DNA of 64,000 bases from Bacteroidales bacterium (GCA_021157585.1 JAGGWH010000103.1:23-64022), one strand, 5' to 3'. Counted from the stretch's first letter, positions 28,206 through 38,668 are shown. Notes: generated by a model not told the origin, from the sequence alone. A program made the numbers and translations.

Positions 28206-29267
28206 TTAAACCTGTGGTGTAACAGTCATGGCAGACAACATATTGCCATATACCTTATTCATCGCTTCCACATTTTTCGTTAATGATTGTACGCCTTCTT
28301 GATATTGAGCTGTTGTTTCAATTGAACGATTCAAGTTATCTAAAAATTGTGTCATAGATTCTTGAATTTTTGTTGTTGACTCAACTTGCTCGTTAGACGA
28401 TTGTAGTTGTAATTCATAAACGGCATTTAATGCTGACAAATTACTTGATATCTTTTGTAATTCCTCGTTATAATTAATACCATCAACAGCAGTAAAATTT
28501 AATGCTTCTGCCGATTGACGCATAATATCGATTGATTTTTTATATTCTTCTGCTAAGGTACTAGCTGAACTAGCTGCTTCTTGAACTTTATTAGAAAATT
28601 CACTTGAAGAGGCCAAATCATTATTCATTGTTTCAGCGGCTTTACCATAAGCTGATGATAAAGAAGAAGCGGCTTCACTTGCTCCCAAAATATTAGCATG
28701 ATATTGTTCCGAAGCTTCAATATCTTGACCTAATACTTCACTAGCTTTTTCATAAGATGAAGTTAAGTTGCTTACAGATGAACTAGCTGTTTTAACATTT
28801 TCTACAAAAACAGTATTAGCTTCAGCAGCATCGGCCATTTGATTAATATTACTGGCTGTTTGACTTAAATTCCTTAACCCTTCGCCTAAACTTTCAATAA
28901 GGGCACCATCAATATTGGCTTCCGAAAGCAAACCATCGAGTTGTTGCGAAACAGATAAATCTTCTTCTTCCTCATCATCCAGAAAACTAGGAAAATCATC
29001 ATCGCCCATAACATCCATACCATGGTACATACCAGCCAATTCAGGATATACCAGACTCCAATCAGGTTCAACATGTGGAGGTTCAAATGCAGAGAAGAAA
29101 AAGATTACAGCTTCTGTGGATAACCCAACAAATAGCATTTCGTTAGCTCCAGGGATATGAGTAATTTTAAATAAAGCCCCAATAATAACTACAGCTGCAC
29201 CTATACCGTAAAGCTTTGCCATAAAATTTTTAAAGCCTTTACTTCTAGTTAATTCCTCTAAATTCAT
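28206..29267 (-). CDS. gldL: type IX secretion/gliding motor protein GldL (PorL)
   Basis: 353 aa. It has two N-terminal TM helices (..YGIGAAVVIIGALFKITH.., ..LFVGLSTEAVIFFFSAFEP) and then a long cytoplasmic Ser/Ala-rich region. Confidence 0.8.
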   Translation of the reverse strand: MNLEELTRSKGFKNFMAKLYGIGAAVVIIGALFKITHIPGANEMLFVGLSTEAVIFFFSAFEPPHVEPDWSLVYPELAGMYHGMDVMGDDDFPSFLDDEEEEDLSVSQQLDGLLSEANIDGALIESLGEGLRNLSQTASNINQMADAAEANTVFVENVKTASSSVSNLTSSYEKASEVLGQDIEASEQYHANILGASEAASSLSSAYGKAAETMNNDLASSSEFSNKVQEAASSASTLAEEYKKSIDIMRQSAEALNFTAVDGINYNEELQKISSNLSALNAVYELQLQSSNEQVESTTKIQESMTQFLDNLNRSIETTAQYQEGVQSLTKNVEAMNKVYGNMLSAMTVTPQV

Positions 29268-29302
29268 AATTCAATGGTTTTGTTAATTTTTAAATGGATT
29301 TA

Positions 29303-30742
29303 TTATCTATATACTTCCGAAGCATGTTTTGAATCACCGGACATTCGGCCAAGATAAGTTTGCATACATCTAAAACCGATATACGATTTTGCAGTATCTT
29401 GATATTCATACTGACGAGCAGTTACTTGCAAAAAGTAACCAATATCTTTCCAACTACCACCACGAATAACTTTTTTCTTCATTTGAGGAGGATCTTCTTC
29501 ACGAGCATTATATTCGTAATTCGGATTCATATCCCAAGAAAAGTTAAAAGATGATTCATCATAAGCACTTAAAGTCCACTCTGCAACATTACCGGACATA
29601 TCATATAATCCCCAGTCGTTTGCAGGATAATGGGCAACAATAACAGTCTGAATACCACCATCAGCAACGTAATTACCACGTTGCGGTTTAAAATTTGCAA
29701 GGAAGCAACCTCTATCATTAGTTAAATAAGGACCTCCCCAAGGATAAGGATTCATATCCCAACCTCCACGAGCAGCCCATTCCCATTCAACTTCAGTGGG
29801 TAAACGGAATTCATTAACGGCAACTCGACCTTTTTTGGAAAGATGAGCATTCATTAATTCTGTACGCCAATATGAAAAAGCTTTTGCTTGTTTCCAGTTA
29901 ACTCCAACTACGGGATAATTATCGTAAGTTGGATGCCAAAAATAATTTTTTGCCATCGGATCGTTGTATGAATATGCAAAATCATGAATCCAAGCTAAGG
30001 TATCAGGATAAATGTTAATTTTTTCTGTTCGAATATATACACTTCTATCCTTAAAACCGGTTGGGCGATTCGCAAAACCACCCCTATCACTTGGAAGATC
30101 AGAACCATAAATGGCATATCCTCTATTATCTTGATGGTATTCTTTTTTAGAAGCCGCTAAAAGGTCAATCCAAAAATATTCATACACCAATTTTCGAGAA
30201 TCAATTTGTTTTTGTCGATAAAAGCGTTCATTATCGGGAATAAACATTTCTTCCAACAAAGCCTGAGCATTAGGATCCGGATTAGCGGGATCAACAGCAT
30301 CAGTTACTTCCCAATCGAGTTTAGTATCCCAATTAATTGGTCGTGTTTTCAACTCATCCTCAGTAATTGTTTCAGGATCATCGTCTTTATACAGAGTTCT
30401 GTACTCTTTTGCTAACTCAGGACTTTTCTCGGCTATCATTGTTCGAGCTATTGAATCGCGCACCCAGTTTACAAACTGGCGGTACTCATTATTAGTAATT
30501 TCCGTTTCATCAATATAAAATGATTGCACAGAAACAGTTTTTGGCTCGTGAACTTGTGCGTAGGGAACATCTTGATCACTGGCACCCATTGTAAAAGAAC
30601 CTAAGGGTACAAAAGCCATCCCATAAGGTGCTGATTGATAAAAAGATGTTCTTTTCTGAACGCCAATTAATTCTCCTTTGCCTGAATTTTTACAAGCCGA
30701 GAAAGCAAGTATCACAAACAAATAAACAAATAATTTTTTCAT
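29303..30742 (-). CDS. gldK: type IX secretion/gliding lipoprotein GldK (PorK), FGE-sulfatase fold
   Basis: 479 aa with a lipoprotein signal (..LAFSAC). SUMF1/FGE-like domain features are present (..NVAEWT.., RGGSWKD). Confidence 0.85.
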   Translation of the reverse strand: MKKLFVYLFVILAFSACKNSGKGELIGVQKRTSFYQSAPYGMAFVPLGSFTMGASDQDVPYAQVHEPKTVSVQSFYIDETEITNNEYRQFVNWVRDSIARTMIAEKSPELAKEYRTLYKDDDPETITEDELKTRPINWDTKLDWEVTDAVDPANPDPNAQALLEEMFIPDNERFYRQKQIDSRKLVYEYFWIDLLAASKKEYHQDNRGYAIYGSDLPSDRGGFANRPTGFKDRSVYIRTEKINIYPDTLAWIHDFAYSYNDPMAKNYFWHPTYDNYPVVGVNWKQAKAFSYWRTELMNAHLSKKGRVAVNEFRLPTEVEWEWAARGGWDMNPYPWGGPYLTNDRGCFLANFKPQRGNYVADGGIQTVIVAHYPANDWGLYDMSGNVAEWTLSAYDESSFNFSWDMNPNYEYNAREEDPPQMKKKVIRGGSWKDIGYFLQVTARQYEYQDTAKSYIGFRCMQTYLGRMSGDSKHASEVYR

Positions 30743-30814
30743 ATTTAAGTAGTCTTATTGGTCTTAGATTAATACCAGAAAACATAGCAAATCTAACACA
30801 AATATATTAATTTT

Positions 30815-31741
30815 CTATAAATACCTTGTATTTTTATAACTCTTATTTCCTTTTTCTATTTCAATTAAAAAACGATACCCAATCATTAACTCATGTGAAC
30901 CCCCATTTTTTAGTGGCGTAAGATTAATTTCGTATCCATAACCAACACTAAATTGCCTATAAAATAACCCTGCCAATAAACCAATGGCACTTTGACTCCT
31001 ATAGGTAACGCCACCCCAAAACTTTTTATTGTATTCTCCTATTATTCCAAGATTTATTTGAATAGGAACTCCGGCTGTATAAACAGCCATTGCAGAAGAA
31101 TGAAAGGTAATTCGAGGAAGTTGACGTAAAGCGAAAAAATAGCCTCCATGAAGATAAATATTGCGTGTTAGAGATATTTTCCCTCCTTCTAAAACCATAG
31201 TCCCTTGATTTAACTGGGTAGTTGACAAGCCAATATAATATCGACCTTTTTCCTCATAATAAAGACCAAAGTCCATATTAAAAATCATACCGCTTTCATC
31301 GTCAGTCCCAATAAGCAGAGGATCGTCTTGCACATTAAAATAAGAATAATTAATTGCCTTATTAATTAAACCTACACTAAGCCCTATACTTAATTTACCT
31401 TGCCAAAAGTTAGTTCTATAAGCGTAAGCCAATTTCAAACCCGTTGATGAAAAAGGTCCTATTTGATCGTTAATAATAGTGGCACCAACACCTCCTTTTA
31501 AAAAGCTTAATGGAGCATGTATATTTACAAAGAACGTTTCGGGAGCACCGGACATTCCTACCCACTGCTGCCTCATCAATCCGTTTAACTGAATATCCGG
31601 CTTACTTCCAACAAAAGCAGGATTATATACTGCTTGCTGAAACATAAAATGCGTAAAAGTCTGTTCCTGTTGAGCTTTCGCTTCTCCAGCCAAAAAAATC
31701 ACACCAATGAAAAAAGCAATTATTTTCAGCCTTTTAGTCAT
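30815..31741 (-). CDS. porP: type IX secretion system membrane protein PorP/SprF
   Basis: The track start at 31765 is a GTG. The ATG at 31741 gives MTKRLKIIAFFIGVIFLAGEAKAQ. A conserved ..FTHFMFQQAVYNPAFVG motif is present and a beta-barrel is predicted. Confidence 0.8.
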   Translation of the reverse strand: MTKRLKIIAFFIGVIFLAGEAKAQQEQTFTHFMFQQAVYNPAFVGSKPDIQLNGLMRQQWVGMSGAPETFFVNIHAPLSFLKGGVGATIINDQIGPFSSTGLKLAYAYRTNFWQGKLSIGLSVGLINKAINYSYFNVQDDPLLIGTDDESGMIFNMDFGLYYEEKGRYYIGLSTTQLNQGTMVLEGGKISLTRNIYLHGGYFFALRQLPRITFHSSAMAVYTAGVPIQINLGIIGEYNKKFWGGVTYRSQSAIGLLAGLFYRQFSVGYGYEINLTPLKNGGSHELMIGYRFLIEIEKGNKSYKNTRYL

Positions 31742-32025
31742 ATATTCATAAGAAATTTTATACACGATTTAAAAGCCGTAAATGTAACATTTTTTCCCTT
31801 GTTGTTTATGCCTTTTTTGGCTTCAAGAAGTTCTTAAATGCAATTTTATATACATATATACTCTTTTTACAGAATATAGTTTCAACTATTGGCAGATCAA
31901 AATAACTCTTTGAATAATTGGGGAAAAAAATTCACTTTTATATCGTATCAATTTTTACTTTGTTTTTAACATTGAATTAACGTTATTTTTTATTGTTTAG
32001 TGTTAAGCAAGCTATTCTATTTTTT

Positions 32026-32033
32026 TACTTTTG
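32026..32033 (+). promoter_or_regulatory. candidate -7 box (TACTTTTG) for the YitT-family gene
   Basis: Exact TAnnTTTG 25 nt upstream of the ATG at 32059. Confidence 0.4.
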
Positions 32034-32058
32034 CAGCCATTTTTAAATTAACATCAAA

Positions 32059-32946
32059 ATGGCCTTTATAACAAAAGAAAAATTCTTATCAAAAGAGTGG
32101 TTCAAAGTCTACTCTTTAATCTTGATTGGCACCTTTATTATGGCTGCAGGATTCGTGCTTTTTATAAGCCCTTATAAACTTGCTCCAGGTGGCGTTTATG
32201 GTATTGCCATTATCTTGCATCACCTTTTTGGTTTTCCAATTGGCTTAACGGCTCTAGCAATGGATATTCCACTCACTATACTAGGCATCAAGATTTTAGG
32301 GCCTCGTTTTGGTATCAAAACAATAGTTGGTTTTTTAGCCACTTCTATTTGGGTTTCTCTATTAGAGTGGACTTATGGTTACGAACCTTTAGTTGAAAAC
32401 GACGCCTTACTGTCGGCAATATTTGGGGGAGTATTAATTGGTCTTGGTTTGGGACTTGTTTTTAAATCGCGAGCTACTTCCGGAGGATCAGATATCATAG
32501 CCATGATATTTGCTAAATATATACATTTACCTATTGGGCAATTGATGATTATGGTAGATTCGGCTATTGTATTGCTTGGACTTGCCGCATTTGGGAAATG
32601 GGAGATTCCACTTTATTCCTGGATTGTTATTTTTATTAGCGGAAAACTAATTGATGTGGTTCTTCAAGGATTAGATTATGATAAAACACTTTTTATAGTT
32701 TCTGAGCAACATGAAGCCATAAGAAATAAAATACTGACCGATTTAAATAGAGGAGGAACTATTTTAAACGGTGAAGGCATGTATAACGGCTCTGATAAAT
32801 CCATCATTTTTACGGTAGTTAACCGCCGTGAACTGGCTATATTGAAGGATTTTATTCATAATGTTGATCCCAATGCCTTTCTTACAGTCCTTAATGCAAA
32901 CGAGATTTTAGGCGAAGGTTTTAAACCACTTAAGGATACCGAATAA
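32059..32946 (+). CDS. YitT-family membrane protein (DUF2179 C-terminal domain)
   Basis: 295 aa with five or more TM helices, then ..IFTVVNRRELAILKDFIHNVDPNAFLTVLNANEILGEGF. Confidence 0.8.
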   Translation: MAFITKEKFLSKEWFKVYSLILIGTFIMAAGFVLFISPYKLAPGGVYGIAIILHHLFGFPIGLTALAMDIPLTILGIKILGPRFGIKTIVGFLATSIWVSLLEWTYGYEPLVENDALLSAIFGGVLIGLGLGLVFKSRATSGGSDIIAMIFAKYIHLPIGQLMIMVDSAIVLLGLAAFGKWEIPLYSWIVIFISGKLIDVVLQGLDYDKTLFIVSEQHEAIRNKILTDLNRGGTILNGEGMYNGSDKSIIFTVVNRRELAILKDFIHNVDPNAFLTVLNANEILGEGFKPLKDTE

Positions 32947-32949
32947 AAA

Positions 32950-33032
32950 GTCATTCCGATCCGTCGACTGACGGAGAAGAATCTCTCCAATAGTAGCAAG
33001 AGATGTTTCGACTGCGCTCAACATGATCAGGA
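32950..33032. repeat. intergenic repeat, family B (two half-elements)
   Basis: GTCATTCCGATCCGTCGACTGACGGAGAAGAATCTCT ... AGAGATGTTTCGACTGCGCTCAACATGATCAGG, between convergent gene ends. It shares the TCGACT..GCTC core with 12095, 35341 and 62981. Confidence 0.7.
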
Positions 33033-33062
33033 TAGAAGCAAATTATTTTACAGCTCTTTTTT

Positions 33063-35225
33063 TTATTCCACCAAAGTCATTTCATCAACCAAATGACCTG
33101 CTCCGGCAAACTTGTCTATAATAAATAAACAATAGCGAATATCGAGCGAAATATTACGACATTGATCAGGATCGTACATTAAATCACTCATAGTTCCTTC
33201 CCAGTTTCTATCGAAATTAATACCTATTAATTGTCCATCGGCATTAAAAACAGGACTTCCTGAATTTCCACCAGTCGTATGATTAGAAGCAGTAAATCCA
33301 ACATGAATACTTCCATCTGCATCTGCATAGCGACCATAATCTTTATTTTTATGCAATTCTTTTAATTTATCCTCTACAACATAATCATAAATATCGGGGT
33401 CTTCTTTATCTAAAATCCCATCTAAAGTTGTAAAAAATTCATATTTAACCGCATCTCTGGGTTTATAATCATCAACAAAACCATAGGCAATACGCATAGT
33501 AAAATTTGCATCCGGATAAAAAACCTTTTCAGTATCGTATTCCATTTGTAGTTTCATATAGTTTCTACGTAAGGCAATGGATTGATACTCCAAATCTCTA
33601 ATTTCTTCACTAATTTTACGTCCATAATCACTAAAAGACTTAGCCAAAACAAAAACTGGATCTTTGGTCATTTTCTTTGCTCCTTTTTTTGTTGGATTAT
33701 TTAAAAAATCCTCCACAATACTTTGATTAACAAACAAAGTCTTCTTCATCATTTTAGCAGAAAAGGCAGTGAAATCACTTTTATATTTCAGCTGAATATC
33801 TTGTAAAGCTTGAGGAAGTTCAGTACTTGGATAAGCGGCTGCAAATTCTTTTAACAAATCTGCAGCTATTTGTTCATCAATAGCCACAACATAATTCTTA
33901 TAAAAAGATTTGGTGTATGCCTTTAATCTTTCACTTGCCTTTTTTATTTTTTCCGCATTGGGATTATCTTCATTTACTAGATTAACTAAGCCTCTAAACT
34001 GATTGGCAAAACTTACTATTTCTATTCCCATACCTGCTTCGCGATAATATTGATATTTTAAACGGAGCGGGGTCATATCGGCATACAGTTTTCGGAACGA
34101 CGGAATTAAATCACCATATTTACTTTTCCTATCTGTATCAGCATCAACCCAAGACTGAATATTCTCTTCAAGATTTTGCTTGACAGCGATAGCATCTAAA
34201 CGTTTAATTCCTTTATTCTCTCCTTGCCATTTTTTCCAACCATTTGCAATAGATGCTACTTTTCTCGCATACTGAATACGCACTTTTGGATCGGCATTCT
34301 GAGCGGCTTTCATTGTATTTAATCGTAAACCACGCATCTTTATACGAACAGGATTTTCTACTTCCGTGATTAGTTTTATTTCATCAGAAGGAAGGTATTC
34401 TTTAGTGGTTCCCGGATAGCCAAAAATAAAAGTAAAGTCGTCTTTTTTTACTCCTTTTAAAGAAATGCTTAAATGCTTTTTAGGTTTATAAGGTACATTA
34501 TCTTTAGAATATTTTGCAGGACGATTATTCTTATCAGCATAAATTCTAAAAACAGAAAAATCACCTGTATGTCGTGGCCACATCCAATTATCGGTATCGC
34601 CACCAAATTTCCCAATATCAGAAGGAGGAGCACCTACCAAACGAACATCGGTAAACACATCGTATACAAATAGAATATAACGATTACCGCTAAAAAACGG
34701 CTTAATAATGACTCTATTTCCCTCAACAATAGGTTCGTCAGCAATCATTTGCTTGATATTCTTATTGATTTGCTTTTGACGATCGGCTTCTTTCATATCC
34801 TCAGTAACACCAATCAAAACGGAATCGGTTACTTCGCGCATTTGCACTAAAAAAGTTACTGTTAAACCCGGATTGGCTAATTCTTCCTCTCTATTCATAG
34901 CCCAAAAACCATCTGTTAAATAATCATGATCTATAGAACTATGATTTTGTATAGCACCGTAACCACAATGGTGATTGGTTAAAACCAAGCCTTGATCCGA
35001 AACTACCTCGCCCGTACAACCTCTACCAAAAATTACAACGGCATCTTTCAGACTAGCCTTCGAAATACTAAAAATATCTTCGGCAGTAATGTTTAAGCCC
35101 ATCTTTTTCATTTCAGCTTCGTTCAGCTGCTGCAAAAACAGAGGAACCCACATCCCTTCTTTTGCATATAAATCTATTTTTGCTAGACTGAGAAATACAA
35201 AAAGAACAATTATTATTTTTTTCAT
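33063..35225 (-). CDS. S46-family dipeptidyl peptidase (DPP7/DPP11-like)
   Basis: The track start at 35231 is a TTG; the ATG at 35225 gives MKKIIIVLF... The mature N-terminus is EGMW, with catalytic motifs TNHHCG and GGNSGSPV. Confidence 0.85.
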   Translation of the reverse strand: MKKIIIVLFVFLSLAKIDLYAKEGMWVPLFLQQLNEAEMKKMGLNITAEDIFSISKASLKDAVVIFGRGCTGEVVSDQGLVLTNHHCGYGAIQNHSSIDHDYLTDGFWAMNREEELANPGLTVTFLVQMREVTDSVLIGVTEDMKEADRQKQINKNIKQMIADEPIVEGNRVIIKPFFSGNRYILFVYDVFTDVRLVGAPPSDIGKFGGDTDNWMWPRHTGDFSVFRIYADKNNRPAKYSKDNVPYKPKKHLSISLKGVKKDDFTFIFGYPGTTKEYLPSDEIKLITEVENPVRIKMRGLRLNTMKAAQNADPKVRIQYARKVASIANGWKKWQGENKGIKRLDAIAVKQNLEENIQSWVDADTDRKSKYGDLIPSFRKLYADMTPLRLKYQYYREAGMGIEIVSFANQFRGLVNLVNEDNPNAEKIKKASERLKAYTKSFYKNYVVAIDEQIAADLLKEFAAAYPSTELPQALQDIQLKYKSDFTAFSAKMMKKTLFVNQSIVEDFLNNPTKKGAKKMTKDPVFVLAKSFSDYGRKISEEIRDLEYQSIALRRNYMKLQMEYDTEKVFYPDANFTMRIAYGFVDDYKPRDAVKYEFFTTLDGILDKEDPDIYDYVVEDKLKELHKNKDYGRYADADGSIHVGFTASNHTTGGNSGSPVFNADGQLIGINFDRNWEGTMSDLMYDPDQCRNISLDIRYCLFIIDKFAGAGHLVDEMTLVE

Positions 35226-35340
35226 AATCAAAAGATTTTATTTAAACACTTTAATTAAGCACCTAACAGTTTGATTATCAGGTACACAATATATTTTTTA
35301 TTTCCGTTGTGCGACAAGGATAAAAGGAATAAACTTTTGA

Positions 35341-35373
35341 GATCCCTCGACTTTAGCTCGGGATCAGTTCAGC
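35341..35373. repeat. intergenic repeat, family B
   Basis: GATCCCTCGACTTTAGCTCGGGATCAGTTCAGC. A GATCCC/GGGATC hairpin encloses the TCGACT..GCTCGG core, 22 nt downstream of the ridA stop. Confidence 0.7.
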
Positions 35374-35394
35374 TAAATGATTTTAAAATTAAAA

Positions 35395-35784
35395 TCATAG
35401 TTTCACTGACTTAACAGCTATAGTTTCTATTTCAATCATCACACTCAAAGGCAATTCTTTAACAGCAAATGCTGCTCTTGCAGGATAATTTTCAGTATAA
35501 TAAGAACCATAAACTTCATTCATAGCAGCAAAATTTGCCATATCGCTTAATAAGCAAGTTGATTTAACAACATCCGTAAAACTATAACCTGCTTCATCTA
35601 AAATTGCAGCAATATTCTTCATTACTTGAATAGTTTGTTCTGTAATGCCACCTTCGACTAATTTATTTGTAGACGGATCGATAGGTACTTGACCCGAAAT
35701 ATATAAGGTTCCGTTTGCCTCTACAGCTTGACTGTACGGACCTAAAGCTTTTGGTGCTTTTTCTGTATAAATAATTTTTTTCAT
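35395..35784 (-). CDS. ridA: RidA-family reactive-intermediate deaminase
   Basis: 129 aa: ..APKALGPYSQAV..LYISGQVPIDP.., typical of YjgF/RidA. Confidence 0.9.
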   Translation of the reverse strand: MKKIIYTEKAPKALGPYSQAVEANGTLYISGQVPIDPSTNKLVEGGITEQTIQVMKNIAAILDEAGYSFTDVVKSTCLLSDMANFAAMNEVYGSYYTENYPARAAFAVKELPLSVMIEIETIAVKSVKL

Positions 35785-35860
35785 GGTAAAATATTTAGTT
35801 TATGAATATGCGAAATTATCAAAAGAATACGAAAATAAAAATTGAGCAAGTCGGAAAAGC

Positions 35861-38569
35861 CTAGTTATCCAAATGCGATTTTTTCTTTTCTAATTTTAAA
35901 TCTTTAAACATCGACGATTTAATATTTATACCAAAATTCCAACTCTTCCAAGTTCCAAGAGGTATCCAACTAAAACGCATTTCCCAACAGTGCAAATCGC
36001 GATAAATATCTAAAGAAGTATAAGACAGCTTTTTATTTTGAAAATCATAACCCGAACGAACACTTACTTTCCAAGTAGGTGTTAATTGCACACTCCCGTT
36101 AAAGCCGAGTGTTTGAATAATTTTAGTCTCCTTATCTAAAACATAAGCCACATAATTATGATTACTTACATATTGAAATGTATAGCTAATCGACATATTC
36201 CATGGCATTATTGGCTTAGCAGCAGCTTTCTTCTTGTCTCCCTTTTCTGATTTTCCTCCCTTTTGTGTTTTATCTTTTTTAGTAAAAGTTTCATTATTTA
36301 AGCGCAGATTTATACCCGCTCTCCAATTGGCATTATCCAAACGGAAAATTCTTTTGTTTACATCCCACTCAAACCGGTTTAAATTTTGTGTTCCTGCAGA
36401 GTCTAAAATGTATGGGTCAAGAGCACTGGAATAGCGTAAATCCAAATTCTTAAATAGTTTTGTTCTGGCACTAATAATTAAAGGAGCCCAACGCAAACTG
36501 TCTTTAGCCATATTATAATTGGTAGATAATGTCAGATTATCAATCAAAACAACTTTTTTTGTACCCGTAATGGTATCATTTCTATCTCTAACTTTCATCT
36601 CAAAATTATTTGAAATGTTAAAGTTTATACTCCCTGACCTTCCTGCCATAGGTCCTCCGTAAATAGCACCATCAAAAATGGAATATTGAATAGAATCCTT
36701 TCTTGCTGCATCATAATACGACTTATAATAGCCATACTTCTCATCGCTAAAATCCGGACGATAAGTAAACGATACCGAAGGTGTTAGAACATGACGGATG
36801 GCTCGAACAGGGAAATTTTCCCCAAAGGAATACATTCCGTACAAACGAGTATTAAGACTTGAGGATATGCTATAATCATTTGCCGCTTTAAATCCATTAA
36901 TAGTATCCGAAACAACTATTCCCTCTACGGTTCCATCTTCAGTAATATTTTCTATTTCAAATGATTTATGATAAGATTGCATATACCATCGCGATGTTAG
37001 CGATGCACTATTTGTCCAGGTAAAATATTTCAACAGTTTAATAGTACTTGAAATTGGAATTTTGTGTTGCATTCCATTTTTAAAATAAGCCATCATTTTA
37101 GGTTGAAACAACATACTATCAGGCATAAGTGCTGTATTACGAGCCGACATACTGTACTTTAATGAAATATTGTCGTACCATTTTAAATTACCCACTTTTC
37201 CTTTTTTACGGAAAGGGTAAAATTGTGTTCCCGAAAGAGAAATTTCAGGCAGAGTTAATTCAAAACTTTTGTTTCTTGTGTTTTGTCTATGACCTAAGTT
37301 GACATTTAAAAACCACTTTTTATTAAAGTTAGTAGAATAGTTTATACTGGATTGAAAAGTATTGGTAAGCTTACTTTCAAATGTATTTTTTATTTCAAAC
37401 TGGTTAAATGTACTGGTTACAATATTTACATTAGCAGAGAATTTACTATTAGGTCTTGCCTTTGCATCTTGATTATGTGACCATTGTATTTTAAAATCAC
37501 GAGAACGTTTATAATCAGGAGAGCCTTCAGTTCCCAAAATATTAATAGCATATTTAAAATTAAACGATCCTGAATAGGCATACTTTTTCACATATCTAAC
37601 ATTAGGATTTAAAGACCAACTCCCTCTTGTATATATACTTCCCTTTAAACTAAGGTCAAAATAATCACTTATAGACCAATAGTATCCTCCATTCATAAGG
37701 TAATACCCTTGTTTGGTAGACTGTCCGTATGTTGGAACCAATACACCTGATCTTTTCCCACTTTGATTAGGAAATAAACCAAACGGCAAAATTAAGGGAG
37801 TAGGAACGCCCTCTATTTCAAAAACAACCGGACCGGTAATAATCATATTCCCCGGTATTACCTTCGATTTCTTAAAGCGAAAAGCATAATGAGGTTGTGG
37901 AAGTTGGCAGGTTGTATATCTTCCGCCTTGTATATAAGTGACATCATCGGCCATTTTCTTAATCTTATCACCTAAAAGAAAGCCATCACCCTCTTCTGTT
38001 TTAACCCCGGTAATTATACCTACTTTAGTATCAAAATTATATCTTAATTTCTTGGATTCAAACGATTTATCATTTTCCTTAAATATAGGAGCCCCCTCTA
38101 TTTTTCCTTTTTCATTTTCAACTCCTTCCGAAAAAATCTCACTCTTATTAAAATCAATCTCAACATAATCTCCTTTTAGATTAATTTTTCCATAATCAAT
38201 AACTCCCTTTTTAAAAAGGTAAACTTTATGGTTTTTTATATCGAATCGTAAAGAGTCATTTGAATTATATTCCACTATACCGTCTAAAGACGATGACTTA
38301 GGAGAGCCGTTCAGACTATCGGATAAAAGGCTGTCACTTTGGATTATATTTGAGGAAACATTCAAACTATCTGCTAACACCTCCTTATTATTAAAAGCAG
38401 CTTTTTCAATTAAACTGTCAGATTGAATATTCTGATAATCAGATAATAGATTATCATTATCAAAAGATAATAATGACTCTCCAAACGCAATGTTTGCAGT
38501 TAAACTTAGTATAAATGCAAATGCACAAAACCAGGTTTTAAAATATCTTGTTGATAAAAACGTTAACAA
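35861..38569 (-). CDS. large outer-membrane beta-barrel protein, putative LptD-like LPS-assembly protein
   Basis: 902 aa with a TTG start and no in-frame ATG nearby. It has a signal peptide and alternating beta-strand patterns throughout. The family call is from memory of similarly sized Bacteroidota proteins. Confidence 0.5.
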   Translation of the reverse strand: MLTFLSTRYFKTWFCAFAFILSLTANIAFGESLLSFDNDNLLSDYQNIQSDSLIEKAAFNNKEVLADSLNVSSNIIQSDSLLSDSLNGSPKSSSLDGIVEYNSNDSLRFDIKNHKVYLFKKGVIDYGKINLKGDYVEIDFNKSEIFSEGVENEKGKIEGAPIFKENDKSFESKKLRYNFDTKVGIITGVKTEEGDGFLLGDKIKKMADDVTYIQGGRYTTCQLPQPHYAFRFKKSKVIPGNMIITGPVVFEIEGVPTPLILPFGLFPNQSGKRSGVLVPTYGQSTKQGYYLMNGGYYWSISDYFDLSLKGSIYTRGSWSLNPNVRYVKKYAYSGSFNFKYAINILGTEGSPDYKRSRDFKIQWSHNQDAKARPNSKFSANVNIVTSTFNQFEIKNTFESKLTNTFQSSINYSTNFNKKWFLNVNLGHRQNTRNKSFELTLPEISLSGTQFYPFRKKGKVGNLKWYDNISLKYSMSARNTALMPDSMLFQPKMMAYFKNGMQHKIPISSTIKLLKYFTWTNSASLTSRWYMQSYHKSFEIENITEDGTVEGIVVSDTINGFKAANDYSISSSLNTRLYGMYSFGENFPVRAIRHVLTPSVSFTYRPDFSDEKYGYYKSYYDAARKDSIQYSIFDGAIYGGPMAGRSGSINFNISNNFEMKVRDRNDTITGTKKVVLIDNLTLSTNYNMAKDSLRWAPLIISARTKLFKNLDLRYSSALDPYILDSAGTQNLNRFEWDVNKRIFRLDNANWRAGINLRLNNETFTKKDKTQKGGKSEKGDKKKAAAKPIMPWNMSISYTFQYVSNHNYVAYVLDKETKIIQTLGFNGSVQLTPTWKVSVRSGYDFQNKKLSYTSLDIYRDLHCWEMRFSWIPLGTWKSWNFGINIKSSMFKDLKLEKKKSHLDN

Positions 38570-38668
38570 TTTGTTCTATATCTATTTAGGAGAAGCTTCT
38601 TATTCAATAATTTTAGCACCAAAACTAAGGAAAATAAACAAACCTAAGCTAAAGAAAGCGTTAAAAAA

